Shown here one piece after another: positions 12,474 through 23,006 of a DNA stretch of 53,607 nt. A program made the position numbers and the translations under genes. Positions within the stretch are counted from its first letter, which is position 1, and every line of letters starts with the position of its first letter. The DNA comes from Lophium mytilinum. Its lineage: Eukaryota. The notes below the pieces were generated by a model. That model was not told the origin of the DNA. It saw nothing but the letters and a program-made list of their open reading frames with translations, and ran no database searches. The stretch is taken from contig MU004190.1 of NCBI GenBank assembly GCA_010093605.1, positions 1,240,001 to 1,293,607 of the forward strand. The letters are read 5' to 3'.

Positions 12474-13900
12474 CGTGAAGTGCAATGGGATCGTGGTAAG
12501 CGAAAGACGGCGATCAGAATGAATTGAGACAAAGAGTGAACAGAGCTGGCAGCAGGTCTACCCATATCAAGTACTTATCTGCAAGGAATGCATGCCATTA
12601 ATCGCGTCACCAGCGTCCCTTTCCTCTGGGACGTGCCAAGTGACATGGAAGCAAGAGATTTCGATGCTGGACCCTGTAATTAGGTTTAGGGAAGGCTACA
12701 TCCGGAATTTTAGGGTGCGCATCCAAGGGCTACTGGGTTCGGGGAAGACGGTTCCTCGTGTGCTCCATGGCATCGAAGCTCCCCTACGGCGTTGCAGCAA
12801 CGCCTATCCGAACCACGCAGGCGTGGCTGGAGCAGCTTGCTGTGATTTGAGTACGGTAACGAGGCGCCGGGGATGAAGAATGCATACTTTCGTCCGCCAG
12901 CAGTGGGCGTCGCTAGTGCAGTACAGGATGCCACTGCTACGGCTCGTAGGACCCTGTTGACCCCAGATCTCCCCTCTCTCCCCCAGACATGACTAGCGCA
13001 TGGGTGCTCTGCCGTGTGGGCGTTCTGGGGGCGCCCCGGAAAACCAATCCCAAGCGCACTCTGGCAAGTCGCTTGACTCGACAATCGGGCCGATCTTGCG
13101 CATTTACGGGAATAGCCGACAGTCTGTTCACGCCATGTGAAACGCTTTGCGCTCCTGCAACCCCTGTGCCTGATCCCGCGATTTGCAGTGATGTGAGCGT
13201 GGGTTGAGCGATTTGAACCGGAAAAAGGACTGATAGTCCACAACTTTGGCCACGGCTTGGGTGCCCTGTGCGGAATAGCGTGATACACAACAAAAGTCAA
13301 AAACTGCCCAGACGGCTCGTCTCACCTTACGCAAGTCTAGTCATACATACGAGCTGCTTTCAATATTTGCACTTTCCAAGCTCTTCACTGCCACAGCTCT
13401 GCTCAGCATTTCAACGCGGTAGAAACATGATCAAAAGAGGAAAAAGGCAGACGACGCATAATATCTGTATTCGTACACTAAACAACAGGAAAGATAAGGT
13501 ATATGGTGTATAACTCGTTGGTGCTAAGCATGGGGTCGTGAAAGCATGAGCTCAGAGCTCTGATGGCGAAGTGCGCATCAGTTTCATTGTTACGAAAGGA
13601 ACGGCCCGTTGAAAAGCTAAAGGTCCGCCAACGGCCTCAAACCGTTGATCGTCATGCGTTTTCGACGCGATGCGATCTTGCCAGAGATAGCCACCTCTTG
13701 ATGGCCGAAGCCGTCAAGGAGTATGGCGGAGCGCGGCGTGGTCCCTCTGAGTATGAGCCGAAATCTACGACGGTAGGGTGGCCCAGCGAAATTTCGGATC
13801 GCGCAATATGGTGAACCGACATCGGGGTCGAATCTTCCAAAGGAGCAACAGTGGCAGCACCAGGTCTGCCCTAAAGCTCAAATAAACCGGAAAAAAGTCT

Positions 13901-15181
13901 TCATACTAATACAACAAAATTTCGCCTCGGGGAAGCTGATGCCCAGGCGTCTTCGTGAATGCGAGCAACACCGACCCGTTCGGCCTTGCCGTCCTCCCAT
14001 TTGATTAAGAGGACGTTCAACAAAGCCCAGGGTCCGGCCTTGTATTCCCGCGGGTCGTAATCTACCACGTCTTCATTCCATAAGAATCGTTTGTTCTCCC
14101 AGATTGGTGTTCCTGGAGGATGTATAGTAGGTGTTTTCGATCGCTTTACAGTCGATATCGGCTCCTGAGAAATATTGCGCGAAAGAAGCGCAAACTCGTA
14201 TTTTGCACCAGCATCAAAGTTCGGCAGCGCATGCTCATAGTCCATTACAACTCCGCAATGCTTGCCCTTCGGGTTGACAAGGTGTGAACACGGTATTTGT
14301 CCCTTAGATCGCTTCAGCTGCTCGACCGCCCAACCACGGGCAGATATGGTTTGTGTCCAAAATTGCAGCGTTCCGGAATTCGCATCGACCTCGTCGCTGG
14401 GATCTGATAATGGTTCGTTGTATTCGGGGTATCCGATGCGAAGGTTTGGGTCTTGCGATCGACGGATAGTGTGGGGAGAGGATTCGGAGCCGATGTGAAA
14501 CTCTCGGATTTCTGACTTGAACCAGATTTTGGAATTGCCACCACGGAGATCGGGACAGTTCGTTGGGTCGAACGGGTAGTTCACTTGTCCCAACCAACCT
14601 GCCCAGCTCCAACTTGGAGAGTCATCGTTTCGGACGAGCGGTCCAGCTGGTGCCCAAAGAAGCGCAAGGTCCAGGACGGCTTCGGGAAGGCCATTACAGA
14701 GGTGACCTCCACAGTTATCGCTAATAGTTTCTAGGCGGTTGGAGAACTGTATGAGGGTCTCGACTCGCTCTGGTGTCTTGAAAAGGTTTTGGTCTGTGTA
14801 CATGGTGACTAGCTGGTTGTAACAGTCAAATCCTGGAAGCCACTCGCTGACTCCTTCGATAGTTGGGTCTGGCGTGGGGGTTTCCTGGATTTCATCGCTA
14901 TCCCGGTAGGTTTCACTGGACGTCTCGCTCGACCGCCGGGTGAAGGCCTCCTTTGCGCCGCTGATGGAAGCACTAGAGGAACTTCGCTTCAGCCGGTGGA
15001 AGACGCGCGCGATGGGGCTTTTGCTACGTCGCCTCTCGGGCTTGGAGTCAAGAACATCGAAGACGGGTGCGCCGGACTCGCTGATGGAGCCTTTCCGCTC
15101 TTCGAGGGACTTCTTCTGGCGATGGAATGGATGCGGTACCCAGGACGGGGTCAAGGTCCGTTCAGGGAGAGGAGTAGACAT
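13901..15181 (-). CDS. Hypothetical protein resembling the C-terminal region of HET-domain proteins (426 aa)
   Basis: Intronless ORF with a low-complexity N-terminus, then YNQLVTMYT, GLPEAVLDLALLW, PSWSWAGW and NVLLIKWEDGKAERVGVARI, which are typical of the region after PF06985 HET domains. Confidence 0.65.
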   Translation of the reverse strand: MSTPLPERTLTPSWVPHPFHRQKKSLEERKGSISESGAPVFDVLDSKPERRRSKSPIARVFHRLKRSSSSASISGAKEAFTRRSSETSSETYRDSDEIQETPTPDPTIEGVSEWLPGFDCYNQLVTMYTDQNLFKTPERVETLIQFSNRLETISDNCGGHLCNGLPEAVLDLALLWAPAGPLVRNDDSPSWSWAGWLGQVNYPFDPTNCPDLRGGNSKIWFKSEIREFHIGSESSPHTIRRSQDPNLRIGYPEYNEPLSDPSDEVDANSGTLQFWTQTISARGWAVEQLKRSKGQIPCSHLVNPKGKHCGVVMDYEHALPNFDAGAKYEFALLSRNISQEPISTVKRSKTPTIHPPGTPIWENKRFLWNEDVVDYDPREYKAGPWALLNVLLIKWEDGKAERVGVARIHEDAWASASPRRNFVVLV

Positions 15182-15753
15182 TACAGGAGCAGAAAGTGGT
15201 GAAAGATGAAAGAGAGTAGAGGACGATGAGAAGAGAAAGGGCGACGTAGATATGTTACCTGCGGATTCCCCGGCTCGAAAGGAAAGGAGTCAGAGTGGGC
15301 TATGCTTTCTGCGACTCTGCCTCAGCGTTGCGAGGCACTCTGCGGAGGTTGCGCGCGTATGGAGTGTGGCTGTGCTGGCGGATTATCGCACCTTGTACTG
15401 CCTTTGGCTGGCCACCCGCCCGGGGCCCATATTCCAGATGTACATGGACTGAGACCATGCGTAACGGCGCGTTCACTGGGGCGAATAAAGGGATACCGTA
15501 CCTGAATGAGGCCGCGTGATAGCAGTGAAGGCGCGTCCTCAGCTGGACTCTATAGAGGATCGCCCCTGTGCCCCAGCAAATTCCAATGCTAGCAGTGCCA
15601 AGCACGCCTCACCGCCCAAAATTGTCAGGGACCGACCACGTTTCGCTGCCACGAAACTCAACACCACGCTCACTCCACTGTAGCGCTTAACGACAGCCTC
15701 ACAATACTACCCTCTTCAGTCAACCAATTCACCGTGCACTCGAGACTGCACCC

Positions 15754-17258
15754 ATGGCCTCTCTGCAGCCCCCTTCCCTCCGACCCAAGGGCGGCAATGC
15801 CCCGTCGACCAAAGCAGTGATCTTGGTATTGCCATGTGAAGACACTTTGCAATATGATATTTCTAACACAGCCAGGTTGGCGGGCCTTCCAGAGGTACCC
15901 GCTTCAGGCCCCTGTCTATGGAATTGCCCAAGGTGAGTCAGGGCCTGGAACGCTGTTTTGGAAGCGGAAGTCCAAGTATTATCATGCTAACGTACCACAG
16001 CCGCTATTCCCCGTTGCCGGCCACCCCATAATCGAGCATTGCTTAGTCGCCGTCGCAAAGGTCACGGAAATCAAGGAGGTCTTCATAGTGGGCTACTATG
16101 ACGAGACTGTTTTCCGCGAGTTCATCAACTATGCTTCCAATGCCTTCCCCCAGCTCAGCATAAAATACCTCCGCGAATACCAGGCCCTGGGCACGGCAGG
16201 CGGCCTATACCACTTCAGAGATGTCATTCTAAAGGGAAGACCCGAGAGGTTCTTCGTGTTGAACGCTGACGTCTGCTGTTCATTCCCGCTGCTTGAAATG
16301 CTCAAGCTGTTCGAGGACAAGGAGGCAGAGGCCGTGATGCTAGGCACGCGTGTTGCCAACGAGGCCGCTTCCAACTTTGGATGCATCGTCTCTGACGCAC
16401 ACACCAAGCGAGTGCTCCATTATGTGGAGAAGCCCGAGTCACACATCTCCAACCTCATCAATTGCGGCGTATACCTGTTCTCCACCGAGTGCATTTTCCC
16501 CGCCATCCGCAGTGCTATCAAGCGCCGGACAGAACGCCCCCGATTGCTGTCCTACCCGTCCTCTGAGAACCTCGAGTCCTCCTTCTACCAGGGCGAAGAT
16601 GACGAGGACGAGGAGAAGGAGAACCAGGTCATTCGTCTCGAGCAAGACGTGCTCTCGGATATTGCCGACAGCAAAGAGTTTTTCGTACTGGAGACTAAGG
16701 ACTTCTGGCGCCAGATCAAGACTGCAGGCTCTGCGGTGCCTGCCAATGCCTTGTACCTAATGAAGGCTTTCCAGACCGGCTCAAAAGAACTCGCGACACC
16801 CTCCGCCAACATCATTCCTCCAGTCTTCATTCATCCCTCAGCTCACGTCGATCCGACTGCCAAGCTCGGCCCGAACGTCTCGATTGGCCCACGTGCTCAT
16901 ATCGGGGCTGGTGTTCGCATCAAGGAGTCTATCGTGTTGGAGGATGCCGAGATCAAGCACGACGCTTGCGTGCTGTACACGATCGTTGGCTGGCACAGCA
17001 AGATCGGCTGCTGGGCCCGCGTTGAGGGCACCCCGACGCCCATTACTAGCCACACTACCAGCATCATCAAAAATGGTGTTAAGGTCCAGAGCATCACAAT
17101 TCTAGGTAAAGAGTGCGGAGTCGGCGATGAGGTTCGCGTTCAGAACTGCGTCTGCCTGCCATACAAGGAATTGAAGAGGGTAGATTCACCCCTCATCCAC
17201 AATACTACGAATATTAGCTAACCAGGCCAAGGATGTCGCCAATGAAGTCATTATGTGA
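15754..17258 (+). CDS. Mannose-1-phosphate guanylyltransferase regulatory (alpha, GMPPA/Mpg2-like) subunit
   Basis: Spliced model TKAVIL|VGGPSRGTRFRPLSMELPK|PLFPVAGHP; LGTAGGLYHFRD; YVEKP; hexapeptide-repeat C-terminus; final exon DVANEVIM* ending at 17258. Confidence 0.92.
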
Positions 17259-18090
17259 GTCACGCAAATGTTAGTACGATGATATCACGCAATGGCATAG
17301 GAAAGGAGCTGCATCTTTTGGAATTTTTACGACGGTCTTCATGCTTAGAGCGCGTTGCGGGGTTGCTGGGCTGTGCATTACCGCCACCATAGATGTGGAC
17401 GTGGTATCAAAAAGTCTTGGCATTGCTACACTACGAATCCAAGACAGGATTCCAAATGATACGTACATAACTTGTCACACCCTTTGAATCATACGCCCTG
17501 TCTCGGGTGTCCCTTGTTAGTGAGAGTGACCTGACGTGCTGCCTGAGGCTGGACCGACCGGGGTGCGCGACACGCCCGGGCACCTGGACTTGTGGCTAAT
17601 GCGACTGCGCCACTGAAGCATTTTCTGCGCCACTTCAGGCATCTCCGCGCGCCCCGAGGCTCTGGCCAGGCTTTCTTTGAACGACACTCCTTGCTCCTTG
17701 ATTTGTATCAGGTAGTCTTCTTATCGTGTGTGTTAGGTGTTTGCTTACACAAGGCATCAGATGCAGCCCTGCGGAGCCTTGTAGCTTTGAACTTACCACT
17801 ACTTATCCAAGGAATGTTGGCTACCAGATGCTGGCGCCTGCAACGTTTGCTTCTGCTGCCCAAAGTTCGAAGATAGAGAGCAACATAACAGTAGCCTTTT
17901 TTCTAGTATTCTAATCTCCCTTCAATAAAACACGCGGTGATGTTGAAGTATACATTGTAGATCTACCCTTGTAGCGTGGGGTCGAAAGCGATAGCGTCCG
18001 AGCTCCAGGCACAAACCCAATGACGACGACCAATCCCGACACAAAACAACGTCCCGCACCCCAACTAGCAACACCACACCCCCTCTCAAG

Positions 18091-18820
18091 ATGTCTGGCT
18101 ACGAAGGTATAGAGATCGCTTCTTCAATTTACCGTACTTTCTAATGCGCAAACACAGTCGAACACAACATCTCTACCGCCGAATCCAGGCCAGAAACTCG
18201 ACGCCCCAATCACCGCACCCGTCCCGATCTATCTACCTTTTATTCCACCCTCGATCTCGTCGACACCTCCGACCCAAATACCCACCACAATGTCCACGCC
18301 ATACCGCAGCCCGAAAATATGACCGCCGCATTTCGACTGCTCGCCAACGGCTACCAAATGATACAGGGCGATGGCGGCAGGGGCGCGGGCGGCGACGGCC
18401 CTCCCCTGCTACAGATGATGATAGAAAGCCTTATGCTCTCTGCAGACGACCCGCCACCAACCTTTCAGGGCGTGCCGGATAGTTTCCTAGATGAACTAGA
18501 GCGCGTGCCGAACAAGTCGCTGAAAAAGGATGATGAGTGTCCGATATGCTGCAATCCGTTTCTTGATGGTATGTGGACTTCTTGCGTAAACCGAGTTAGA
18601 AACAACTCCGGAGATACTGATGCTGTAGCGTACAGATGAGTTCCCGCTGGTAGTGCGCCTCCCGTGCCATGAGAACCACCGCTTCGACCTCGACTGCATA
18701 CGCCCGTGGCTGAAGCTCAACGATACCTGTCCGCTGGATCGCAAGCCTCTGATCAAGAAGAAGGAGCCGGTCAAGACTGATGATGACGAGGAGGAAGAGT
18801 GGGATGATCTATATGCTTGA
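18091..18820 (+). CDS. Small RING-H2 finger protein (yeast YBR062C-like putative E3 ligase)
   Basis: MSGYE|VEHN...; GVPDSFLDELERVP; CPICCNPFLD|DEFPLVVRLPCHENHRFDLDCIRPWLKLNDTCPLDR; acidic end EEEEWDDLYA*. Two GT-AG introns with branch sites. Confidence 0.88.
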
Positions 18821-19432
18821 AGCGGGGAACGGGGTTCTGCATATGACGGAGTTCGACGGCGGTGGGTTTTGATGATACTCGGACTGCTTGTCCCTAGCCA
18901 AGCAGTCACTACTATATTATACCAAGGTACCATTCCATGCATTCACAAATCTGAACTTTCTCCGTCCTCATTCCTATTCTGGGGCTCGTAAAAGTCGACT
19001 TTGACACATCGGACTATTCTTGAAGCACCTCCGGGCACATCATCCGCAGACCTTTGATAATCAAGCCTAGTCTGCAGGCTCCAGATCTTAAGACCATATC
19101 ACGTCTTCAAATCGCATTGCCGTCAAAAGCTCGCAAAAGCTACAAGGTTCTTCACTTTGAAGCACTCCTGGCCATTCCAAACTTGACACTTTGCTCGCCT
19201 GCGACTTAATACCTTATTGATAGAGCGTACACAGGCTAGCAAGGCTCGTAAAGCGAACAAATCATTCCATGATCTCGCCATCTACCACAATCAAGTCATT
19301 CACTCCATCCCTTCAAAGTCCCAATCTCCAAAGAATCTCAATCTCCAGTTACCAATCCTACATCTATCTACCTATTCACACTGTCCTCATCCCACAACGC
19401 CCACGGCCCTCCTCCCATCCTTTTGGGTGAAC

Positions 19433-19680
19433 TTAACGTCCATTATAAAAACACTTGTCACACTTAATCGTCCGCCTCGTCTCCTGGTTCCAGCGATGCG
19501 GGCAAGCCTGCATCGCAAAAGTACCTATACACATCATACTGGTCAGATATTACCTGTAAAGTAGAATGGCAACGGTGATTGAGACATGCTGCACGTACCT
19601 CTTCCTCGCATGTTCGGGCAGGGGTGATTTGCCCTCTCCTTGTGGCCGCAAGTCCATTTGATTGTTTCGATAGTGCACAT
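19433..19680 (-). CDS. MC-CGH microprotein A, 57 aa: MCTIETIKWTCGHKERANHPCPNMRGRGTFAMQACPHRWNQETRRTIKCDKCFYNGR
   Basis: Exons 19599-19680 and 19433-19524. Phase-1 intron GTACGT..CTGAC..TAG. Family Cys/His pattern restored on splicing. Confidence 0.8.
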
Positions 19681-19926
19681 CTTGAGGTTGGCAGTATTTG
19701 GTTACTTTGCTAAGTTTCGGTTCAAGGTTGGCCTTCGGGTAATTTCTGTGTCGAGTGTTGAAAGTTGCCGAGTTTGTTAAAGAGCTAAATATTGAGAAAG
19801 ATATCTAGAATTCCGAGCTCCTAAATACTCGCCCACAACGCCGAAGTGAAGTATTGAGACACTAAATACTCTGCTGGCTGCTTCGTTGGAGCGACCAAGT
19901 AGTTTCCACACGCGGTCATCAGTAAG

Positions 19927-20133
19927 TTATCGGCAAGCTGGGCACTTGTACGGGGACGCTATGTTGTTGGTCCATGTCCGAAGACAAAATAATCGAAATC
20001 TGTCTAATGAAGGGATCATGTGTCAACATCGGGTACCAGGAGAGTAATAGAGAAGCATACCTCGCCTAGCGCAGTACTCGTTCACACGCTGCTTGTGACC
20101 GCAGGTAAAGTTCTTGATTTCAATGATGCACAT
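19927..20133 (-). CDS. MC-CGH microprotein B, 49 aa: MCIIEIKNFTCGHKQRVNEYCARRDRFRLFCLRTWTNNIASPYKCPACR
   Basis: Exons 20061-20133 (73 nt) and 19927-20003. Intron GTATGC..TTGAC..TAG. Confidence 0.8.
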
Positions 20134-20349
20134 TATAGGTAGCATCTGACAGGGCTCTTTAAATGTGGGTCTTTTTGTAATTTCGGGTATTTGGAAAGTT
20201 GTTTTGAGAAAGCTGCTAACATAGACAGTAGGAGTCAACAAATTGACATCACCACCCACTGAGTTGGTCCAGCCAACTGGCCTTGACGCTTCTTCATCCA
20301 GGCCTTCACGGTAACTATGGCCCTCCTGAATCCCGTCTATCTAGCGCAT

Positions 20350-20602
20350 CTACCGGAACTCCCACGCTCCTTGATCGAATCGCCTTGGTCTGCAGTCACG
20401 ACACTGCACCGAACACCACCGTTCGCTTCTCTGGGTAAGGGCACACTGGCCCCCCTGGCCACCTATGGAAACAGAAAGGTACGAGTCAGACTGGGTACAA
20501 AGCTATCACGAGAAGCAAGAATTACTTACGGGGATCAGCACAAGGCTTAACCTTCGACTCATTGTGGCCGCAGCTGAATATGGAGACAAAAGTATGACAC
20601 AT
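20350..20602 (-). CDS. MC-CGH microprotein C, 61 aa: MCHTFVSIFSCGHNESKVKPCADPRGQGGQCALTQRSERWCSVQCRDCRPRRFDQGAWEFR
   Basis: Exons 20530-20602 (73 nt) and 20350-20462. Intron GTAAGT..CTGAC..TAG. Confidence 0.82.
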
Positions 20603-20776
20603 TTTGAGGAAGTTTTCACTAATGTGGATATCGAAGATGTCTATCGTAATTATGTTCAAGAGATATAGGTTAAAGAAACTCCGCAGGCCTTTATGAAAGA
20701 CTCCAACCTAGGAAGACACATCACAACCTGCCGCGTTGGCCCAGCCAACTAGCCTCGCCACGCCGCCTTCTCTCTC

Positions 20777-21014
20777 CTACCGGAAGAGCCAGCTCCCTTG
20801 GTCATATCGATACCCTGAACACTGGGTGCAGCGTTCCCGATGCGCTACGCTGCCTATCGATACGCGACACCGCGGCCCACCTATGTAACCGTGAGAAATG
20901 GTCAAGCGTTGATATACGGCAAGCCACAAGAGAGGACTTACCAGGATCATTACAGGGCTGGCTCTTTGGCTGACGGTGGCCGCAGCCGAATATGTGGATG
21001 ATCGTTCCGCACAT
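20777..21014 (-). CDS. MC-CGH microprotein D, 58 aa: MCGTIIHIFGCGHRQPKSQPCNDPGGPRCRVSIGSVAHRERCTQCSGYRYDQGSWLFR
   Basis: Exons 20942-21014 (73 nt) and 20777-20880. Intron GTAAGT..TTGAC..TAG. Confidence 0.82.
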
Positions 21015-21242
21015 TTTGGTTAGTGTTTAAAAGCTCTTTAGTGTGAGTATAGTAATAATCGCAGTTGATGTTCAGAAGCGAGCAAGATTTAGATACTAAT
21101 GGAGATAGACAGGTCCACTCTAAATACTTGGACTGTTCGGACCTCCACGCATTATGGTACCTCACAACCCACTGGCTTTTGCGTTGGTGGTCCAGCCAAC
21201 TACCGCCAACTTTCGCTAACTATCACCGACATGGCATATTCA

Positions 21243-21492
21243 CTAGACCCGCCGACGCGGCCGTTCAAGAGGCGGCATTTGGCAACTGTTACAGCTATGC
21301 GGAAGTCGTTTGCTGCCTCCAATAGGGAATCCGGGGCACCGTCGCCCGCCTAGCGAGGAAGAATGATCAGTCGACCTTGGGCAAATGAAGATGGATCAAC
21401 GCAAGGTCTCAATACTCACGAGGTTCGGCGCACTGTTGAGGTATCTGCTGCTGGTGGCCGCAGCTGAATATGTGGATGATCACTCGGCACAT
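21243..21492 (-). CDS. MC-CGH microprotein E, 59 aa: MCRVIIHIFSCGHQQQIPQQCAEPRGRRCPGFPIGGSKRLPHSCNSCQMPPLERPRRRV
   Basis: Exons 21420-21492 (73 nt) and 21243-21349. Intron GTGAGT..CTGAT..TAG. Confidence 0.82.
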
Positions 21493-22052
21493 GTTGAGCG
21501 TTGGTCAAGGACGCTTGAAAAGTGGTTATCAAGATTGGTGTTGTGAAGCCGAGTCTTGAAGAGAGTCTTCGAAAGGCGGTCGTTGGAGTTATATCCTGAT
21601 GCGGGAGTCGAAGATATAGTAATTAGATGTACGAACTCCAAATTCCACGTCTCAGACAGCTCATCGCCTACTTTGTTCCGCCCGTTTGCGTCACTTATCC
21701 ACCAGCTCTGTAGTTTTACCGATAGTAGCCATTGCCCATCCCCCCGCCACCCTTTCCTATTGGCACGGTGATATCGAATACACGATGCTGAGCTCATATG
21801 TTACATTTCTAGGTGTGCTCTTTCTACTCGGAGGCAATACGAGTTTCATGACACTATGGAGGGGGCCCCGAAACGTTTTGAGAGTCAGATACAAATCTCA
21901 AAATTGTGGTCTAACTCGTTGCTGGATAGTAAAAAAACGCTCTACCGAGTGACCTTTTACGCCGACTCCTCCCAACTCTCGAGACGCCTCACTCCCTAAA
22001 TCCCTATCATTCTAGTTCGACCCGCGAGTCGACCACTACATCTCCTCAGCCG

Positions 22053-22244
22053 CTACCGCCCATCTCGACAGCCAGGACATTCGTAGGGGTACCCTACCTG
22101 AGTTTGATACGCCGGTCCCTTGCAAAAGCAGATCCTATCTCTGTGCAGGGTTCCGCCTGTGAGATAATGATCGCTTCCGCACGTACTAGTGAGGCAATCG
22201 ACATGATGCCCGCAGGCGTATACGTGGATAATGACTTCACACAT
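22053..22244 (-). CDS. MC-CGH microprotein F (intronless), 63 aa: MCEVIIHVYACGHHVDCLTSTCGSDHYLTGGTLHRDRICFCKGPAYQTQVGYPYECPGCRDGR
   Basis: Single exon within track ORF 22053..22289, starting at the internal ATG at 22244. Same MC-x8-CGH...C...CxxC pattern. Confidence 0.8.
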   Translation of the reverse strand: MCEVIIHVYACGHHVDCLTSTCGSDHYLTGGTLHRDRICFCKGPAYQTQVGYPYECPGCRDGR

Positions 22245-22488
22245 CCCCGAGAATTTAGCGGAGAAGCTGGGCGAAGTGGTTAGTTGCAAATCAGCTATTA
22301 TGTTTGGAAGATAGACTCGTGGAAGTAAAGAAAATATATGAGGATTTGAAGGCTGTTATATGATTCAGAGATAGGAAGTCTACATGTTCCGTGCTACCCG
22401 CTAACCTCAGTATACTTCACAACCTGCTGGCTCCTCCGTCTATCTAGCTTACCAATACACCCGCACATGAACACGCTACCGCACTTCC

Positions 22489-22767
22489 TCATCCTGCCAA
22501 GCCAACGGGATCCTTTATCCTGAACTTCGACATGCGGCTTATAGCACAGGTATCGCACTTGTACGGATGTCGCGGCCCGGGTACAATAGGGCCCGGATGT
22601 CCTGGACACGGCGGCGCAATGCGATGAAAGCTTACTATGCATTAGAAAGATTTCGATTAGATTTAGGTCTAGAGTCTAGGCATGCAGCACTTACAGGGAT
22701 TAGCACACTGCTTTATAAGAAATTGGTGGTGGCCGCAGCTGTATGTATGAGCGAGTTGTTGGCACAT
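22489..22767 (-). CDS. MC-CGH microprotein G, 72 aa: MCQQLAHTYSCGHHQFLIKQCANPLSFHRIAPPCPGHPGPIVPGPRHPYKCDTCAISRMSKFRIKDPVGLAG
   Basis: Exons 22695-22767 (73 nt) and 22489-22634. Intron GTAAGT..CTAAT..TAG. Confidence 0.78.
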
Positions 22768-23006
22768 TGTGAGTCTAATCGGTTTGGCAGGAGATTCTGC
22801 GGGTTAGACACCGGGGAATTGCAAGTCGGTTTCTTTGAGCAGTGATATTGATGTAGGAAAGATGATGTCGTATTCAGGAAGCAGAAGTCTAAGATCTAAG
22901 ATCTGAATAGTGAAGTCGACCTGCGCCTCCAACTATTAAGCTACCTCACGACCTGCTGGCTTTTGAGTTAGTCTCAGTAGTTGGCACACTGTTACAACAG
23001 CTACAC

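Noticed and set aside
12592..13840. Several overlapping 60-196 aa ORFs
   Set aside because: No recognisable motifs and atypical composition; more likely the upstream region of the PTH11-like gene.
18960..19045. Two further minus-strand ATG-TGY (Met-Cys) starts next to the array
   Set aside because: They read MCPEVLQE* and MCQSRLLRAPE*, with no CGH and early stops, so they are not counted as members.
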